Assembly: GCA_017456555.1 (NCBI GenBank)
Contig: JAFTJF010000007.1
Coordinates: forward strand, 3,257 to 67,256
DNA from: Clostridia bacterium
Lineage (GTDB): Bacteria > Bacillota > Clostridia > TANB77 > CAG-508
Length of the DNA: 64,000 nucleotides
Direction of reading: 5' to 3'
How positions within the stretch are numbered: position 1 is the first letter of the stretch; every line of letters starts with the position of its first letter. The notes under the pieces were generated by a model. The model saw nothing but the letters and a program-made list of their open reading frames with translations, did no database searches and had not been told where the DNA came from. Position numbers and translations under genes: made by a program. This document shows positions 43,680-56,000 of this stretch, piece after piece.

Positions 43680-44180
43680 CTATTTAAAACTTAATAAAAT
43701 CTTATCTTCATTAACTAAATAATTTTGTTTTAAAATTTCAAAAATATCTTGATAATTTTTATCAAAATTTTCATTTTTTAAATTCGTTTGATTATTTTTA
43801 TCTTGCAAAATCTCAATTTCAATTTTTTCGATATTTTCATAATTAATATCTAATAAAATACCAACCTCTTCTACTTGATATCCTAATCCTTCTATATCTT
43901 GTTTTATGCTTCCTTCTATTCCAAGAATATATATATCTTTCATATCATAATTTAAATTGCTATTGACTTCTTCAAATTCTTGCTCAAATATTTGATTAAA
44001 TTCAAAATCATAATTTAATATTTCTAGTATTGGATTTAGTGTTACAAAAATTATATAAATTCCAATAATAACTTTGGCATATTTTTTATTATTTCCATTT
44101 GGAATTAAACTTTCAATTATAATGCAAAGAACTATAGCGATTATTAATTCTTCACACCACTGTCTTATTTTTAAAATCAT
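43680..44180 (-). CDS. spoIIIAF: Stage III sporulation protein AF
   Basis: W...I, E.LIP...KKY.KV..G, operon position. Confidence 0.88.
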   Translation of the reverse strand: MILKIRQWCEELIIAIVLCIIIESLIPNGNNKKYAKVIIGIYIIFVTLNPILEILNYDFEFNQIFEQEFEEVNSNLNYDMKDIYILGIEGSIKQDIEGLGYQVEEVGILLDINYENIEKIEIEILQDKNNQTNLKNENFDKNYQDIFEILKQNYLVNEDKILLSFK

Positions 44181-44184
44181 ATTT

Positions 44185-45261
44185 TTACCTAAACATAAGT
44201 GAACTATTTGTGATTTTTATAACAATTGTTATTCCTATAATGAACATTATAGAAACAGAAATTAAAATAGCTAGCAATATTTTATAGCTATCTGCAATAT
44301 TTCCCAGCAATTTAACTATTTTTGTATCTGCTACAATTTCACAAATACTAGAGGTTATATTAAACGCAAACCATAATATAGAAATTTTTATAACAGGAAT
44401 TAAACTAATTCCAATTATAATTATTACTCCAATAATTCCTACTGAATTTTTTAATATATTCGCACATCCAATTACAGTTTCAACTGTATCTCCCATTATT
44501 TTTCCTACAACAGGAATAAAATTAGAAACAGCAGCTTTAGCAGTTTTACTAGTTAAGCCATCAACAGAACTACTTAATGTCCCTTCAATCGATAATACAC
44601 AAGTAAAAACAGTTAAAATAATTCCTAAAATCCAAATTATTGATGATTTAAAAAACTTTGATAATCTATCGATTTGAACTTTATCTGAAATATTAGAAAT
44701 TATAGATAATGTAATTGAAATTAATAGCATTGGCATTAAAAATACATTTATAAAATTACCAATAAAATTTATTAAAAATATTAATATTGGTTGTGTTATG
44801 TTTGTTGTAACTAAATTTCCTGTTGTAATCATTAGTGTTACAAATATTGGTACAAGCATATTCATAAAATTTATAATTTCATTTATAGAATCTTTAGTAA
44901 TATCTAAAATTGATACAAAAGAATTAACAATGATTGTAACAATAGCAAGATATTGAATAAAATAAGCGATTTGACTTGATGATGTATTTCCTAAATTTTC
45001 TATAATAGCTTTAAATATACTATGTATAATAATTATTATTAAAACACTTGCTAATATGTTTAAAGCAGAATTTATCTCTTTTAAAAATAGATTTCCAAAA
45101 TCACTAAATTTAAAAATATTATCAATATTTCCTGTTAAACTACTTGCAAATAATTCTGAAATATCTACATCTGGAAAAACATTTTTGGTATATTTTTCTG
45201 CCTGTTTTAAAAAATCATTTATTCCTAAAGTTGAAACTTGAGAATTTAAAATTTCTTCCAT
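44185..45261 (-). CDS. spoIIIAE: Stage III sporulation protein AE
   Basis: Polytopic; KTAK.AVSNFIPVVG, LKNSVG. Confidence 0.93.
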   Translation of the reverse strand: MEEILNSQVSTLGINDFLKQAEKYTKNVFPDVDISELFASSLTGNIDNIFKFSDFGNLFLKEINSALNILASVLIIIIIHSIFKAIIENLGNTSSSQIAYFIQYLAIVTIIVNSFVSILDITKDSINEIINFMNMLVPIFVTLMITTGNLVTTNITQPILIFLINFIGNFINVFLMPMLLISITLSIISNISDKVQIDRLSKFFKSSIIWILGIILTVFTCVLSIEGTLSSSVDGLTSKTAKAAVSNFIPVVGKIMGDTVETVIGCANILKNSVGIIGVIIIIGISLIPVIKISILWFAFNITSSICEIVADTKIVKLLGNIADSYKILLAILISVSIMFIIGITIVIKITNSSLMFR

Positions 45262-45269
45262 AAAAACTC

Positions 45270-45650
45270 CTATGGCAACAATTGAGTTAATGAACTTAAC
45301 GTGTTTGAAATTATTGGAATAGACATTGATATAACTATAATTTTTCCACCAAAATCAATTTTATTTGCAATAGAACTTTCTCCTGAATCTTTACATATAC
45401 TAACTGCATATTCTGTAAGAATTGATATTCCTGTAATCTTTAGAAGTACTTCAATAAATCCATTATTATACTTCAAAGAAAATTCTTTAATAAATTTAAT
45501 TATAGAATTTATTGTTTCCAAAGAAAAAAATATTATTATCGCTCCACCAATAAGTACACAATAAATTGCATATTCTTTTTTATATTCTTTTAAAATAATT
45601 GAAACAATTAATGTTAAAAAACCTATTCCTATAATTTTTAAAATATCCAT
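45270..45650 (-). CDS. spoIIIAD: Stage III sporulation protein AD
   Basis: LLKITGIS, ICKDSGESSIA.KI.FGGK. Confidence 0.93.
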   Translation of the reverse strand: MDILKIIGIGFLTLIVSIILKEYKKEYAIYCVLIGGAIIIFFSLETINSIIKFIKEFSLKYNNGFIEVLLKITGISILTEYAVSICKDSGESSIANKIDFGGKIIVISMSIPIISNTLSSLTQLLP

Positions 45651-45844
45651 TATAAATTAAACACCGTCCTAACAGTTTCAAACAAAGTACTAATCTCTTT
45701 TACAACTACCGTAAGTACAATAACAATTCCTGCCAAAGTAGTCATCATCGCTTGATCTTCTCTTCCAGCTTTTGTTAGAACTTGATGAAGTACTGCTACT
45801 AAAATTCCAATTCCTGCAATTTTAAATAATAAATCAATATTCAT
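45650..45844 (-). CDS. spoIIIAC: Stage III sporulation protein AC
   Basis: MNIDLLFKIAGIGILVAVL..VL..AGREDQA; ATG 45844 after AGGAG. Confidence 0.93.
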   Translation of the reverse strand: MNIDLLFKIAGIGILVAVLHQVLTKAGREDQAMMTTLAGIVIVLTVVVKEISTLFETVRTVFNL

Positions 45845-45852
45845 AAAAACTC

Positions 45853-46359
45853 CTATACCAAAATTATGCAAATTCCAAGTCCACAAATAACACCCATACT
45901 TTTATATAATTTAGAATTTTTTGATTTTTCATATTCTGCTTTTTCAATTTGCTTCTCTATTAAATTTTGTGTTAATAAAATCTCACTAACTTGTCCTTCT
46001 ATATCTGTTTTTCCAAGCAATTTTCCAAACATCTTTATTACATCTATATCTTCTTTATTAAAAACTTCATGAAACTCATCTACTGAAATTTTCCAAGCTT
46101 GATTTATTTCATCTTCACTTTCTATTACTAATTTAAATATATTTTTTTCTTCCAAATATATAATTTTAGATATTTCTTCAAAAATATTTTTTATTGGTTC
46201 ATAAGTAAATTCAATTTTTGTTTTAAACATTGTAAGAGCATTTTGAAATTTCTTTAATTCTATTAGCCTTGTTTCAAATTTTTTAGCCTTTATAATCCCA
46301 ATATAAGAACAAATTATTATTATAAAAATCATATTAATACCTTTTATTAGATTCATCAT
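45853..46359 (-). CDS. spoIIIAB: Stage III sporulation protein AB
   Basis: FGK.LGKTD.EGQ, KLYKSMG. Confidence 0.9.
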   Translation of the reverse strand: MMNLIKGINMIFIIIICSYIGIIKAKKFETRLIELKKFQNALTMFKTKIEFTYEPIKNIFEEISKIIYLEEKNIFKLVIESEDEINQAWKISVDEFHEVFNKEDIDVIKMFGKLLGKTDIEGQVSEILLTQNLIEKQIEKAEYEKSKNSKLYKSMGVICGLGICIILV

Positions 46360-47332
46360 TTTCTCCTAATAAAAATTCAATTCCAGTCATTTCTTCTTTA
46401 ATGTTTTCTTCTTGTTTTTTATACTGCATTTGCTTTTTTTCTAATAAATAAAAATCTTTTATATTTCCTTTTATTTTCGTATCTAAAAAGAATATTGCTT
46501 CAAATATATGATTGTTTATTAATTCTTTAATCATTGGATTTAAATACAAATCGTCAAAGTTTTCTCCATGTGCTGTAAAAATTCCTTTACATCCAGAACA
46601 TATTGCATAATTGATTATTTGAACATCTTCTAAAGTTCCAATCTCATCTGCAACAATAACTTGAGGAGCCATACTTCTTATTAACATTTTCATTCCTATA
46701 CTTTTTGAAACATTATCTATTACATCTGTTTTTATTCCAACTTCATTTTGTGGTACTCCTTTATACAAAGCTGCAATCTCACCTCTTTCATCTACAACTC
46801 CAACATTTATTCCTTTAAATTTTAAATTCTTTATTCCACTTGATATTTGTTTTACTAAATCTCTTAATATTGTAGTTTTTCCGCTACCAGGAGGAGAAAC
46901 AATTAATGTGTTTAATACAGTATTATTTTTTAAATCCAACATGTTTTCTAATAAATTTTCACTACATCCTGAAATCTGTTTAGAAATTCTAAAATTCAAA
47001 CTATTTATATAATTTATATTTATTACTTTCTCATTTTCAATAACACATGAACCAGAAATTCCAACTCTATGTCCACCAGTTATAGTCACAAAACCTTCCG
47101 CTATTTGTTTTTGATAACTATATATCGAATTTTCACATATATGTTGTAAAATACTTAAAATTTCTTCAGAAGTTGTTAAATATCTTATAATTTTTTCATT
47201 TGAGTTATATTTTAAAATAATTGGTTTCTGTACTCGAACCCTAATTTCTTCTAAAGTTTCTTTTTTATCTTGAATTTCATTTTCTAAAAGAGTCTTTATT
47301 TTTGAAGGAAAATATTTTAAAATTTGTTCCAT
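46334..47332 (-). CDS. spoIIIAA: Stage III sporulation ATPase AA
   Basis: EEIRVR, GGHRVG, SPPGSGKTT, DERGEIA, RSMAPQVIVADEIG. Confidence 0.95.
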   Translation of the reverse strand: MEQILKYFPSKIKTLLENEIQDKKETLEEIRVRVQKPIILKYNSNEKIIRYLTTSEEILSILQHICENSIYSYQKQIAEGFVTITGGHRVGISGSCVIENEKVININYINSLNFRISKQISGCSENLLENMLDLKNNTVLNTLIVSPPGSGKTTILRDLVKQISSGIKNLKFKGINVGVVDERGEIAALYKGVPQNEVGIKTDVIDNVSKSIGMKMLIRSMAPQVIVADEIGTLEDVQIINYAICSGCKGIFTAHGENFDDLYLNPMIKELINNHIFEAIFFLDTKIKGNIKDFYLLEKKQMQYKKQEENIKEEMTGIEFLLGENDESNKRY

Positions 47333-47364
47333 AGTCTGTCCTTTTCTTTAAATTTAATATTAAT

Positions 47365-47395
47365 AATATATATTCATTCCAAAAATATTTAGAAC
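47365..47395 (-). promoter_or_regulatory. Possible sigmaE promoter of spoIIIA
   Basis: TTCTAAA...AATATATA resembles the sigmaE consensus; spoIIIA is sigmaE-controlled in model spore formers. Confidence 0.4.
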
Positions 47396-47444
47396 TTTAA
47401 ATTCAGATTTTTAATATTAACTATCGTTGGAGGCAGGCATCGAC

Positions 47445-47478
47445 AAAAAAGGAGTATGGTAAAAACCATACTCCTTTT
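47445..47478 (-). terminator. Terminator after the DUF600-like gene
   Basis: aaaaggagtatggt-aaaa-accatactcctttt. Confidence 0.85.
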
Positions 47479-47483
47479 ATATT

Positions 47484-48227
47484 TTATTTTTTCCAATTCA
47501 ATATTTGATTATTATATGTTACATCGTCATCATCTTCATCTATAACATCATCAATTTTATTTTTCTTGAAAAATCCTTTTTTCTTTTTCTCTTTAGGATC
47601 ACTATCTGATTTTGATTGAGCTATTGCCTCTTCTACAGTTAGCGTTTTTTCGAAATCTACAATGTTTTTAACAGGTTGTTTATATATTCCTTCTACATAA
47701 GTATCTTTTCTTAATGGAATTTGCTTTTCAGTATATTTTAGATATTTATCAATTATCTTTTTATCTTTTCTGCTCAATAATTCGCTATCTTCTTTAAGAT
47801 AATTATATCTCCAAATTACATGACGTTCATAAGAATCAAATTCTGAGTTTTTCAAATCTTCATAATCAAATTCTATTTTAAATTTAAAATTTTCTATTGA
47901 AATATTTATATTACTCCAAACTTTTCTCTTTGTTTTTATTGCACGTTCACGCAAAAGTTTTATTAAATTATATACATCTGTAATTAATTTTGAATATTGT
48001 TCTTCATCAATATTAAATATTGATGGAATTTCATAGCCATTAACAAATTTTTTCTTTATTATACCTTTTGGTAAATAGTAAAAATACATTTCTCCAACAG
48101 GTTTTTGATTTGGCATGTCAATTACAGAAGCATATAAATATATACTTTCCCATTTTTCTGGAATTATATAAAATAACTTTTTTTGTATTTCTGAATACAA
48201 AATTTTTTCTTCTGGTAAACTTATCAT
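47484..48227 (-). CDS. DUF600/YezG-like immunity protein
   Basis: LY.EI......IIPEKWESIYLYA..., MYFYY, W......ENFKFKIEFDYED pattern. Confidence 0.7.
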   Translation of the reverse strand: MISLPEEKILYSEIQKKLFYIIPEKWESIYLYASVIDMPNQKPVGEMYFYYLPKGIIKKKFVNGYEIPSIFNIDEEQYSKLITDVYNLIKLLRERAIKTKRKVWSNINISIENFKFKIEFDYEDLKNSEFDSYERHVIWRYNYLKEDSELLSRKDKKIIDKYLKYTEKQIPLRKDTYVEGIYKQPVKNIVDFEKTLTVEEAIAQSKSDSDPKEKKKKGFFKKNKIDDVIDEDDDDVTYNNQILNWKK

Positions 48228-48243
48228 AAATTTCTCCTAAAAG

Positions 48244-49776
48244 TTAGTTTTGAATCAAACTTTCTCCTGTCATTTCATCAGGTTTTTCTAAGCCCATTAT
48301 ATCTAACATTGTTGGTGCTAAATCAGCTAATCTACCTTCTCTTAGCTTTTTATTGCTTGGTAATCCAACTATAGCAAGTGGAACAGGATTTGTTGTGTGA
48401 GCTGTTTGTGGCTCTCCTGTTTTATAATCAATCATTTGCTCACAGTTTCCATGATCTGCTGTTATTAATAAAGTACCATTTACTTCATTTATTGCATCTA
48501 CTACTTTTTGTGCACATTCATCAATAGCTTCTAATGCTTTAACAACTGCATCTGTATTACCTGTGTGTCCAACCATATCTGGGTTAGCAAAGTTTAATAT
48601 AATAGAATCATATTTTTCTGATTTAATTGCTTCAACTACTTTATCGCAAACTTCGTAAGCACTCATTTCTGGTTTTAAATCATATGTTTCAACTTTAGGT
48701 GATGGAACTAAAATTCTATCTTCACCTTCATATTGTTTTTCTTCTCCACCATTAAAGAAGAATGTTACGTGTGCATATTTTTCTGTTTCAGCAATTCTTA
48801 ATTGTTTTAATCCTCTTCTTGAAATGTATTCTCCAAATGTATTTCTAATTTCTTCTTTCCTATAAGCAACTTCAACATTTGGCATTGTTTCATCATAAGG
48901 AGTCATACAAACAAAATATGTGTTTAATTTTTTTGTTTCGAATCCATCGAATTCTTTATCAACAATTGCTCTTGTTATTTCTCTAGCTCTATCTGGTCTA
49001 AAATTAAAGAATATTACTGAATCTCCATCTTCAATTTTTGCTACTGGTTCTCCATTTTTATTTGTTATAACTGTTGGTTTAACAAATTCATCAAATACTT
49101 CTTTTTGATAAGATTCTTCAATAGCAGAAACTGCAGATAAAGCTTTTTCTCCAACTCCATTAACCATTGCATTATAAGCTTCTGATACTCTTTCCCATCT
49201 CTTATCTCTATCCATTGCATAGAATCTTCCAGATAAAGTTGCAATTTGACCTACACCTTTTTCTTTGATTTTTTCTTCTAATTCTGCAATATAGCTTTCT
49301 CCAGATGCTGGTGGAGTATCTCTTCCATCCATAAAGCAATGTACATATACATCTTCAAAATCTTTTCTTTTTGCTAATTCTAAAAGACCATATAAATGAC
49401 GATTATGGCTATGTACACCACCATTAGATAATAATCCCATTAAATGTAATTTTGAATTATTAGCTTTACAATTTTCAATTGCTTTTACAAATTCTGGTCT
49501 GCTAAAGAAATCTCCATCTTCAATAGCTTTAGTAATTTTTGCTAAATCTTGATATACAATTCTTCCTGCACCAATATTTGTGTGACCAACTTCAGAATTT
49601 CCCATTTGTCCTTCTGGAAGTCCTACTTCTAATCCACTTGTGTGAATTATTGTATTTGGATTTTTTGTTAATATTTCATTTAAATGTGGGATATTAGCTA
49701 ATTTTACACCATTTCCTTCTTCTTTTTCGTTGATACCAAAACCATCTAGTATCATTAACATTGTAAGTTTTCCCAT
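48244..49776 (-). CDS. gpmI: 2,3-BPG-independent phosphoglycerate mutase
   Basis: [31 protein letters not shown]. Confidence 0.97.
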   Translation of the reverse strand: MGKLTMLMILDGFGINEKEEGNGVKLANIPHLNEILTKNPNTIIHTSGLEVGLPEGQMGNSEVGHTNIGAGRIVYQDLAKITKAIEDGDFFSRPEFVKAIENCKANNSKLHLMGLLSNGGVHSHNRHLYGLLELAKRKDFEDVYVHCFMDGRDTPPASGESYIAELEEKIKEKGVGQIATLSGRFYAMDRDKRWERVSEAYNAMVNGVGEKALSAVSAIEESYQKEVFDEFVKPTVITNKNGEPVAKIEDGDSVIFFNFRPDRAREITRAIVDKEFDGFETKKLNTYFVCMTPYDETMPNVEVAYRKEEIRNTFGEYISRRGLKQLRIAETEKYAHVTFFFNGGEEKQYEGEDRILVPSPKVETYDLKPEMSAYEVCDKVVEAIKSEKYDSIILNFANPDMVGHTGNTDAVVKALEAIDECAQKVVDAINEVNGTLLITADHGNCEQMIDYKTGEPQTAHTTNPVPLAIVGLPSNKKLREGRLADLAPTMLDIMGLEKPDEMTGESLIQN

Positions 49777-49812
49777 AATATTATTTCGTCCTCTTTTCTC
49801 CTAAAAACTGTA

Positions 49813-50565
49813 TTATTTATTATAATTTACTATTTTACTAAATTCATCTGGTTTTAAACTTGCTCCACCAACTAATCCACCATCAATATCAGATGTTGAG
49901 AATAATTCTTTAGCATTTGAAGATTTTACACTTCCACCATATTGAATAATAACTTCTTCAGAAACTTCTGCTCCATAAATTCTTTTTAATTCTTCTCTTA
50001 TTGCTTTTATTGAATTATTAGCATCTTCTGAAGTAGCTGTTTTTCCTGTTCCTATAGCCCAAATTGGTTCATAAGCTATAATTGTTGCTTTAACTTGGTC
50101 AGGAGTTAATCCTTCTAAAGCAAGTCTTGTTTGAGAAGTAATAATTTCTTCTGTTTTTCCAGCTTCTCTTTCTTCTAAACTTTCTCCAACACATACGATT
50201 GGTTTTAATTCATTTTCAAAAGCAGCTTTTAATTTTTTATTTACAGTTTCATCTGTTTCATTATAATATTGTCTTCTTTCAGAGTGGCCTATAATAACAT
50301 ATTCAACTCCTATTGATTTTAACATTTTTCCTGAAACTTCTCCTGTGTAAGCTCCTGTTTCAGCAAAGTGCATATTTTGTGCACCTATTTTAATATTTGT
50401 TCCTTGTGCATTCATTAAGCAATAGAATAAATCTGTGTATGGAACACATAAAATAACTTCTGCATCAGCATCTTTAACTAATGGTTCAAAAGCTTGAATA
50501 TAATCAATTGCTTCATTTGGAAGCATGTTCATTTTCCAGTTTCCTGCAATAACTTTTCTTCTCAT
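49813..50565 (-). CDS. tpiA: Triosephosphate isomerase
   Basis: AGNWKM, GHSERR, AYEPIWAIGTG, LVGGASL. Confidence 0.98.
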   Translation of the reverse strand: MRRKVIAGNWKMNMLPNEAIDYIQAFEPLVKDADAEVILCVPYTDLFYCLMNAQGTNIKIGAQNMHFAETGAYTGEVSGKMLKSIGVEYVIIGHSERRQYYNETDETVNKKLKAAFENELKPIVCVGESLEEREAGKTEEIITSQTRLALEGLTPDQVKATIIAYEPIWAIGTGKTATSEDANNSIKAIREELKRIYGAEVSEEVIIQYGGSVKSSNAKELFSTSDIDGGLVGGASLKPDEFSKIVNYNK

Positions 50566-50576
50566 AAAAAGACCTC

Positions 50577-51767
50577 CTATTTATCTTGTAAAGCTTCAAT
50601 TCCTGGTAATTTTTTACCTTCTAAGAATTCTAGTGATGCTCCACCACCTGTAGAAATGTGTGTGAATTTTTCTGCTAATCCTGCTTTTTCAACAGCTGCA
50701 GCTGAATCTCCACCACCAATTATTTTAACTGCATCTATATCAGCTAATGCTTTTGCTATGCTGTTTGTTCCAATAGCAAATTGATCAAATTCGAATAATC
50801 CAACTGGTCCGTTCCAGATAACTGTTTTTGCATTTTTTAATTCGTTTGCATACATTTCAATTGTTTCTTGACCAATATCATATCCTTCCCATCCATCAGG
50901 AATTTCTGTATATTTAACTGTTTTACTTTCTGTATTTGGATCAAATTCTTTACCAACTTTTGTATCAACTGGTAACATTAATTTAACACCTTTAGCTTTA
51001 GCTTTTTCCATTAATTCTTGAGCTAAATCTAATTTATCTTCTTCACAAATTGAATTTCCAACACTATATCCCATTGATTTAAAGAATGTGTAAGCCATAG
51101 CTCCACCAATCATTAATACATCAACTTTTTCAATTAAGGCTTCAATAACACCAATTTTATCAGAAACTTTTTTACCACCTAAAATAGCCATAAATGGTCT
51201 TTCAGGATTTTCTAAAGCTGTTCCTAAAAAGTTTAATTCTTTTTCAATTAGGAATCCAGATACTGCAGGTAAAAAGCTTGCAACACCTGTTGTTGAACTA
51301 TGTGCTCTATGAGCTGTTCCGAATGCATCATTTACAAATACTTCTGCTAAAGAAGCAAATGCTTTTGATAATTCTTCATCATTTTTTTCTTCTCCTGCTT
51401 CATATCTTACGTTTTCAAGAAGCATAACTTCTCCTTCTTGTAAGTTAGCAGCTAAGTTTCTAGCATCTTCTCCAACAACATCTTTAGCTAGTTTTACTTC
51501 TAATCCTAATAATCTAGAAAGTTCTGCAGCTACTATGTCTAAAGAAAATTCTGGTTTTACTTGTCCTTTTGGTCTTCCTAAGTGAGAGCATAAAATTACT
51601 TTACAATTATTTTCTAATAAATATTTAATTGTAGGTAATGCAGCTACTATTCTTCTGTTATCTGTGATAACTCTTTCTTCATTATAAGGTACGTTAAAGT
51701 CACATCTAACTAATACTTTTTTTCCTTTTAAATCAATATCTTTTACTGTTTTCTTATTCATTTTCAT
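50577..51767 (-). CDS. pgk: Phosphoglycerate kinase
   Basis: [32 protein letters not shown]. Confidence 0.98.
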   Translation of the reverse strand: MKMNKKTVKDIDLKGKKVLVRCDFNVPYNEERVITDNRRIVAALPTIKYLLENNCKVILCSHLGRPKGQVKPEFSLDIVAAELSRLLGLEVKLAKDVVGEDARNLAANLQEGEVMLLENVRYEAGEEKNDEELSKAFASLAEVFVNDAFGTAHRAHSSTTGVASFLPAVSGFLIEKELNFLGTALENPERPFMAILGGKKVSDKIGVIEALIEKVDVLMIGGAMAYTFFKSMGYSVGNSICEEDKLDLAQELMEKAKAKGVKLMLPVDTKVGKEFDPNTESKTVKYTEIPDGWEGYDIGQETIEMYANELKNAKTVIWNGPVGLFEFDQFAIGTNSIAKALADIDAVKIIGGGDSAAAVEKAGLAEKFTHISTGGGASLEFLEGKKLPGIEALQDK

Positions 51768-51793
51768 TTTCCTTTCTTAATTTATATAAAAAT

Positions 51794-51830
51794 GAGCTAG
51801 CAATAAAGGTCCGCCCTCCACCACTAGCTC
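51794..51830 (-). other. Stable stem-loop between gap and pgk (mRNA stabiliser or partial terminator)
   Basis: - strand gagctagtggtggagg-gcgga-cctttattgctagctc pairs fully with G-U. Confidence 0.7.
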
Positions 51831-51845
51831 TTTATTGCTATTTAA

Positions 51846-52865
51846 TTATCCTAATTCAGCAAAATATTTAATTGTTCTTACCATTTGGCTTGTGTAAGAA
51901 TTTTCGTTGTCATACCAAGCAACAACTTGTACTTGATATAATCCGTCTTCTACTTTAGCAACCATTGTTTGTGTTGCATCAAATAAAGATCCGTGTGTAA
52001 TACCGATAATATCTGAAGAAACTAATGGTTCTTCTGTGTATCCATAAGATGCATTAGAAGCTGCTTTCATAGCTGCGTTGATTGAATCAACTGTAACTTC
52101 TTCATTTGATCTTACTGTTGCGATTAATATTGTTGAAGATCCTGTTGGAACTGGAACTCTTTGTGCAGATCCGATTAATTTTCCGTTTAATTCTGGAATA
52201 ACTAATCCAATTGCTTTAGCTGCTCCTGTTGAGTTAGGAACGATATTTACAGCTGCTGCTCTAGCTCTTCTTAAATCTCCTTTTCTATGTGGTCCATCAA
52301 GTACCATTTGGTCTCCTGTATAAGCATGAACTGTTGTCATAATTCCTGATTGGATTGGTGCATAATCATTTAATGCTTTAGCCATAGGTGCTAAACAGTT
52401 TGTTGTACAAGATGCTGCAGAAATAATATTATCTTCTGCTGTTAATGTTCCTTCGTTTACTCCATAAACGATTGTTGGTAAGTCTTTTCCTGCTGGTGCA
52501 GATATAACTACCTTTTTAGCTCCTGCTGTGATATGAGCTGATGCTTTTTCTTTTGATGTATAGAAACCTGTACATTCTAAAACAACGTCAACTCCGATTT
52601 CTCCCCAAGGTAAGTTTGCTGCATCTTTTTCTGCATAGATTTTGATTGTTTTTCCATCAACTGTAATAGAGTCTTCTCCTGCTACTACTGTATCTGCTTT
52701 ATCATATCTTTTTTGTGCAGAATCATATTTTAAAAGATGAGCTAACATATCAGGACTTGTTAAATCGTTAATTGCAACGATTTCATACCCTTCTGCTCCA
52801 AACATTTGTCTAAATGCTAGACGTCCAATACGTCCAAAACCATTTATAGCTACTTTTACTGACAT
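51846..52865 (-). CDS. gap: Type I glyceraldehyde-3-phosphate dehydrogenase
   Basis: [24 protein letters not shown]. Confidence 0.98.
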   Translation of the reverse strand: MSVKVAINGFGRIGRLAFRQMFGAEGYEIVAINDLTSPDMLAHLLKYDSAQKRYDKADTVVAGEDSITVDGKTIKIYAEKDAANLPWGEIGVDVVLECTGFYTSKEKASAHITAGAKKVVISAPAGKDLPTIVYGVNEGTLTAEDNIISAASCTTNCLAPMAKALNDYAPIQSGIMTTVHAYTGDQMVLDGPHRKGDLRRARAAAVNIVPNSTGAAKAIGLVIPELNGKLIGSAQRVPVPTGSSTILIATVRSNEEVTVDSINAAMKAASNASYGYTEEPLVSSDIIGITHGSLFDATQTMVAKVEDGLYQVQVVAWYDNENSYTSQMVRTIKYFAELG

Positions 52866-52943
52866 AATATAAATTCCTCCACTTCTGATACTTTGAATGT
52901 CTTTTTTAGTATCTCTTTTATTTTGGTCTTTTTGACCAAAGAT

Positions 52944-52972
52944 ATTCTATAATATTTTATCGAACTTTTCAA
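52944..52972 (-). promoter_or_regulatory. sigmaA promoter of the gap operon
   Basis: TTGAAA-17bp-TAGAAT. Confidence 0.7.
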
Positions 52973-53021
52973 GTACTTTTTACAATTTTGTTACAATGAC
53001 AATTTATATAATCAAAAAAAC

Positions 53022-53055
53022 AAAAAGTGGAAATAATAAATTACTTCCACTTTTT
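53022..53055 (-). terminator. Terminator after the alpha-2-macroglobulin gene
   Basis: aaaaagtggaa...ttccacttttt. Confidence 0.75.
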
Positions 53056-53062
53056 AATTCTA

Positions 53063-56000
53063 TTATTCTGTTATTCCTATATTTACAGGATTACAAATTC
53101 CTTCTACATCAGGATTATAATAATCAAAAAATCTTATTGCTGCTCCAGTAATTGTTTCTGGATATAATGCTCTATATTGAATATCTAAAGTAATTTCTCT
53201 TCCCACTTCAAAGCTTCTTAAATAGATATTAATTTTATTGTAATTATATTCATATTTTTCTATTAATCCTTTATATTTAAGATTTAATAAAGATTCTTCA
53301 ATAGGAGTAGTTCCTTGTGGTATGTTTATTTCTAATAAACCATTTTCAATATATTCTTCATTATTTTTTACAGTTATTGTTTGATTTAATATATCATTTA
53401 CTTTTGCAAATGCATTTGTATTTATTGTTTGATTTACTTCGTCTACAGTTTGCTCTGTTCTTATATTTTGTGTTACTACTAGATTTTCATTTTTCTCTAA
53501 ATCATCATATTTTTGATAATAATTTTTTATTATCTCATATGTTATTTTTCCTTTTTTCATATCTATAGAAAATCTATTTTCTTTTGATACATTATCAAAT
53601 TCCAATTCATAAACATCTAATGCATTTTCTTTTATATCAATTTTTTGTTCTTGGTCATTTAATTTTACAGTAATTGTTTGATCTTTTAAATCTGAATTTT
53701 GAGTATAACTATTTATAGCTTTTAATGCTAATATTGTTCCTTGAGTTGTTCCCCAAGAACCTCTTGCATCTTTTTGACTTACTAAAAATTCAATAAATTC
53801 ACTATTGTTTTTCTCATTTGAATTTAATTTTGTTAAAGCCATTGATGTTAATGCTGTTGCTTGAATATTTTGATATTTTCCTCTTGTTCCATAGTAATCT
53901 GTAATTCCTGAAGTTATATAAGCACCATTTTCTGAAGTTTGTATATTTTGATTTATCATTTTTAAAACTTCATTTGCTAAATTTTTATTTTCTGTATTAG
54001 CAAAAATATTTGCAAGTAATGCTAAAGTATAATTATCACTTATTTCATCAATTTTATTTTCTAAGTAGCTTACTGATTTTTCAAGCCTTTCATCTTTTGG
54101 TACAACTTCTGATAATGCCCATATAATATATGCATTCATTGCTAAATCATTATTTGAAGCAGCTCCACCAATATAAGTAGAGTTATAATCAAAAGTTCCA
54201 TTTACATTTTGAACATCAAATAAATATTCAATCATATCCATAAGAACACTTTCTTCAACCGGATATACTTCTGAAAGTTCATCAAATTCCATTAATCCGA
54301 ATGCTGTTATTACTGGTTCTGCTGGTGCATCTCCATATAATGAATAGCCACCTTTTTCTGATTTTACTTCATATGTTAACAATTTTTGGTATCCTTTAGA
54401 AATATATTCTAAAGCCATTTCTTCTAGCTCTGCATTATTTAAATCATTTTCTCTTAAATATTTTAAAACTAGAATATCTGGATAAAGTGATGATGAGGTT
54501 TGTTCAAAACATCCTGTTGGCATTGCTAACATTGCATCTATATTTTCAATTATTTGAGCCACAGGTGAAGCATATAATTTTACTTTTATTTTTTGAGTTC
54601 CATCTATTGCCTTTTCATTAAAAATAATATCTTGTGAATATTTATTTTCAATCATTCCACTTGAAACAACATCATTTTTTTCAAAGCCATTTGGTTTTAC
54701 TACTAAAGATTTTTCAACAATATCTGAAATCTCTCCAGATTTTGATTCTATTCTTAAAGTGTTATTTCCAGCTTTTAATATTTCAATTGGTAGGTAAATC
54801 ATTTTACTTGCATTTGGTTCTACTGAAACTTGTTTTTCATATTCACCTATTGTCATCCAATCATTCTCTTTAACATTTAAATCTATTGTTAATTTATTTT
54901 CTGTATAATTATATAAAGTTACAGGAATGCTTACTTTATCAGTAACAACGGAATTTGCTGGAAGAGTATAATCTATAAAGAATTCTTTAAATACTTTAAA
55001 ACTTCCTGTTGCATATCCTATATTTCCATCTTTTGTATTTCCTACAGTTTGAATATTCCATGTTGTTATATTGTCACTTATTTGTGTACTTAAATTAACT
55101 TCTCCATTTTCTGTAACTAATTCTGGTATAAAAGCTAAGCTTTCTAAGAATATATTTCTAACATTTTCTTGGGCATCTATTTCTTTTTCAGATTCGCTTT
55201 CTACAACTCCATCTTCTAAAGCAATATCTTCTGTTACACTTGATTCTAATTTTGAATCTTGAGAGATATCAAAATCAAAGATTGAAGATGTTGTAGACTC
55301 GCTTTTTGAAGCTCCAATTGAATCTGTTGCAAAGTTCATCGCTGAATCAAGGCTAGGATCTGAAAAGTTTGTAATAGTTCCTGATTCTTGTATAACACCA
55401 CCCATTGACATTGAATCATTTACTGTTATATTTCCTGCAAAATTCGATGTAAATGTCATTATTATTACAATTATTATTAATAAAACTCCAACTAGCATTC
55501 CAGCCAATTCTGATGCATTTAAATTAAGTACTATTTTTCCATCTTGAAGTTTTGTTTTTGTTTCTTTTAATATAAATTTTCTATAAACAAAATATATTGC
55601 AATAACTATTAATAAGCTAAACTCTGTAATTTCTGATAATGCAATTGTAGAAATCCAAAATACTACTGCTTTTGAAATTATAGAAGAGAATTCATAAATT
55701 TTTGTTAAAGGTTTATTTAATTCTTTTTTTCTACTTAATGATTTTAATATTGCAAATTCTAATAATGTTAGTAAAATTAATACTCCTAATATTAAAGCAA
55801 ACATTTCATCAATATATGAATCAAATATTAATGTAAATACTCCTGAAATTAAATATACTCCAATTAGTGCAAATAATGGAACTACAATTAATTCAGCTAT
55901 CATTTTAAATATAAAATCACGTTCTTTATATAAGAATAATAAATAAGCAATTATAGCAAGTACAAGTATTGTAAATACCATAAATCCATTACTCATTACA

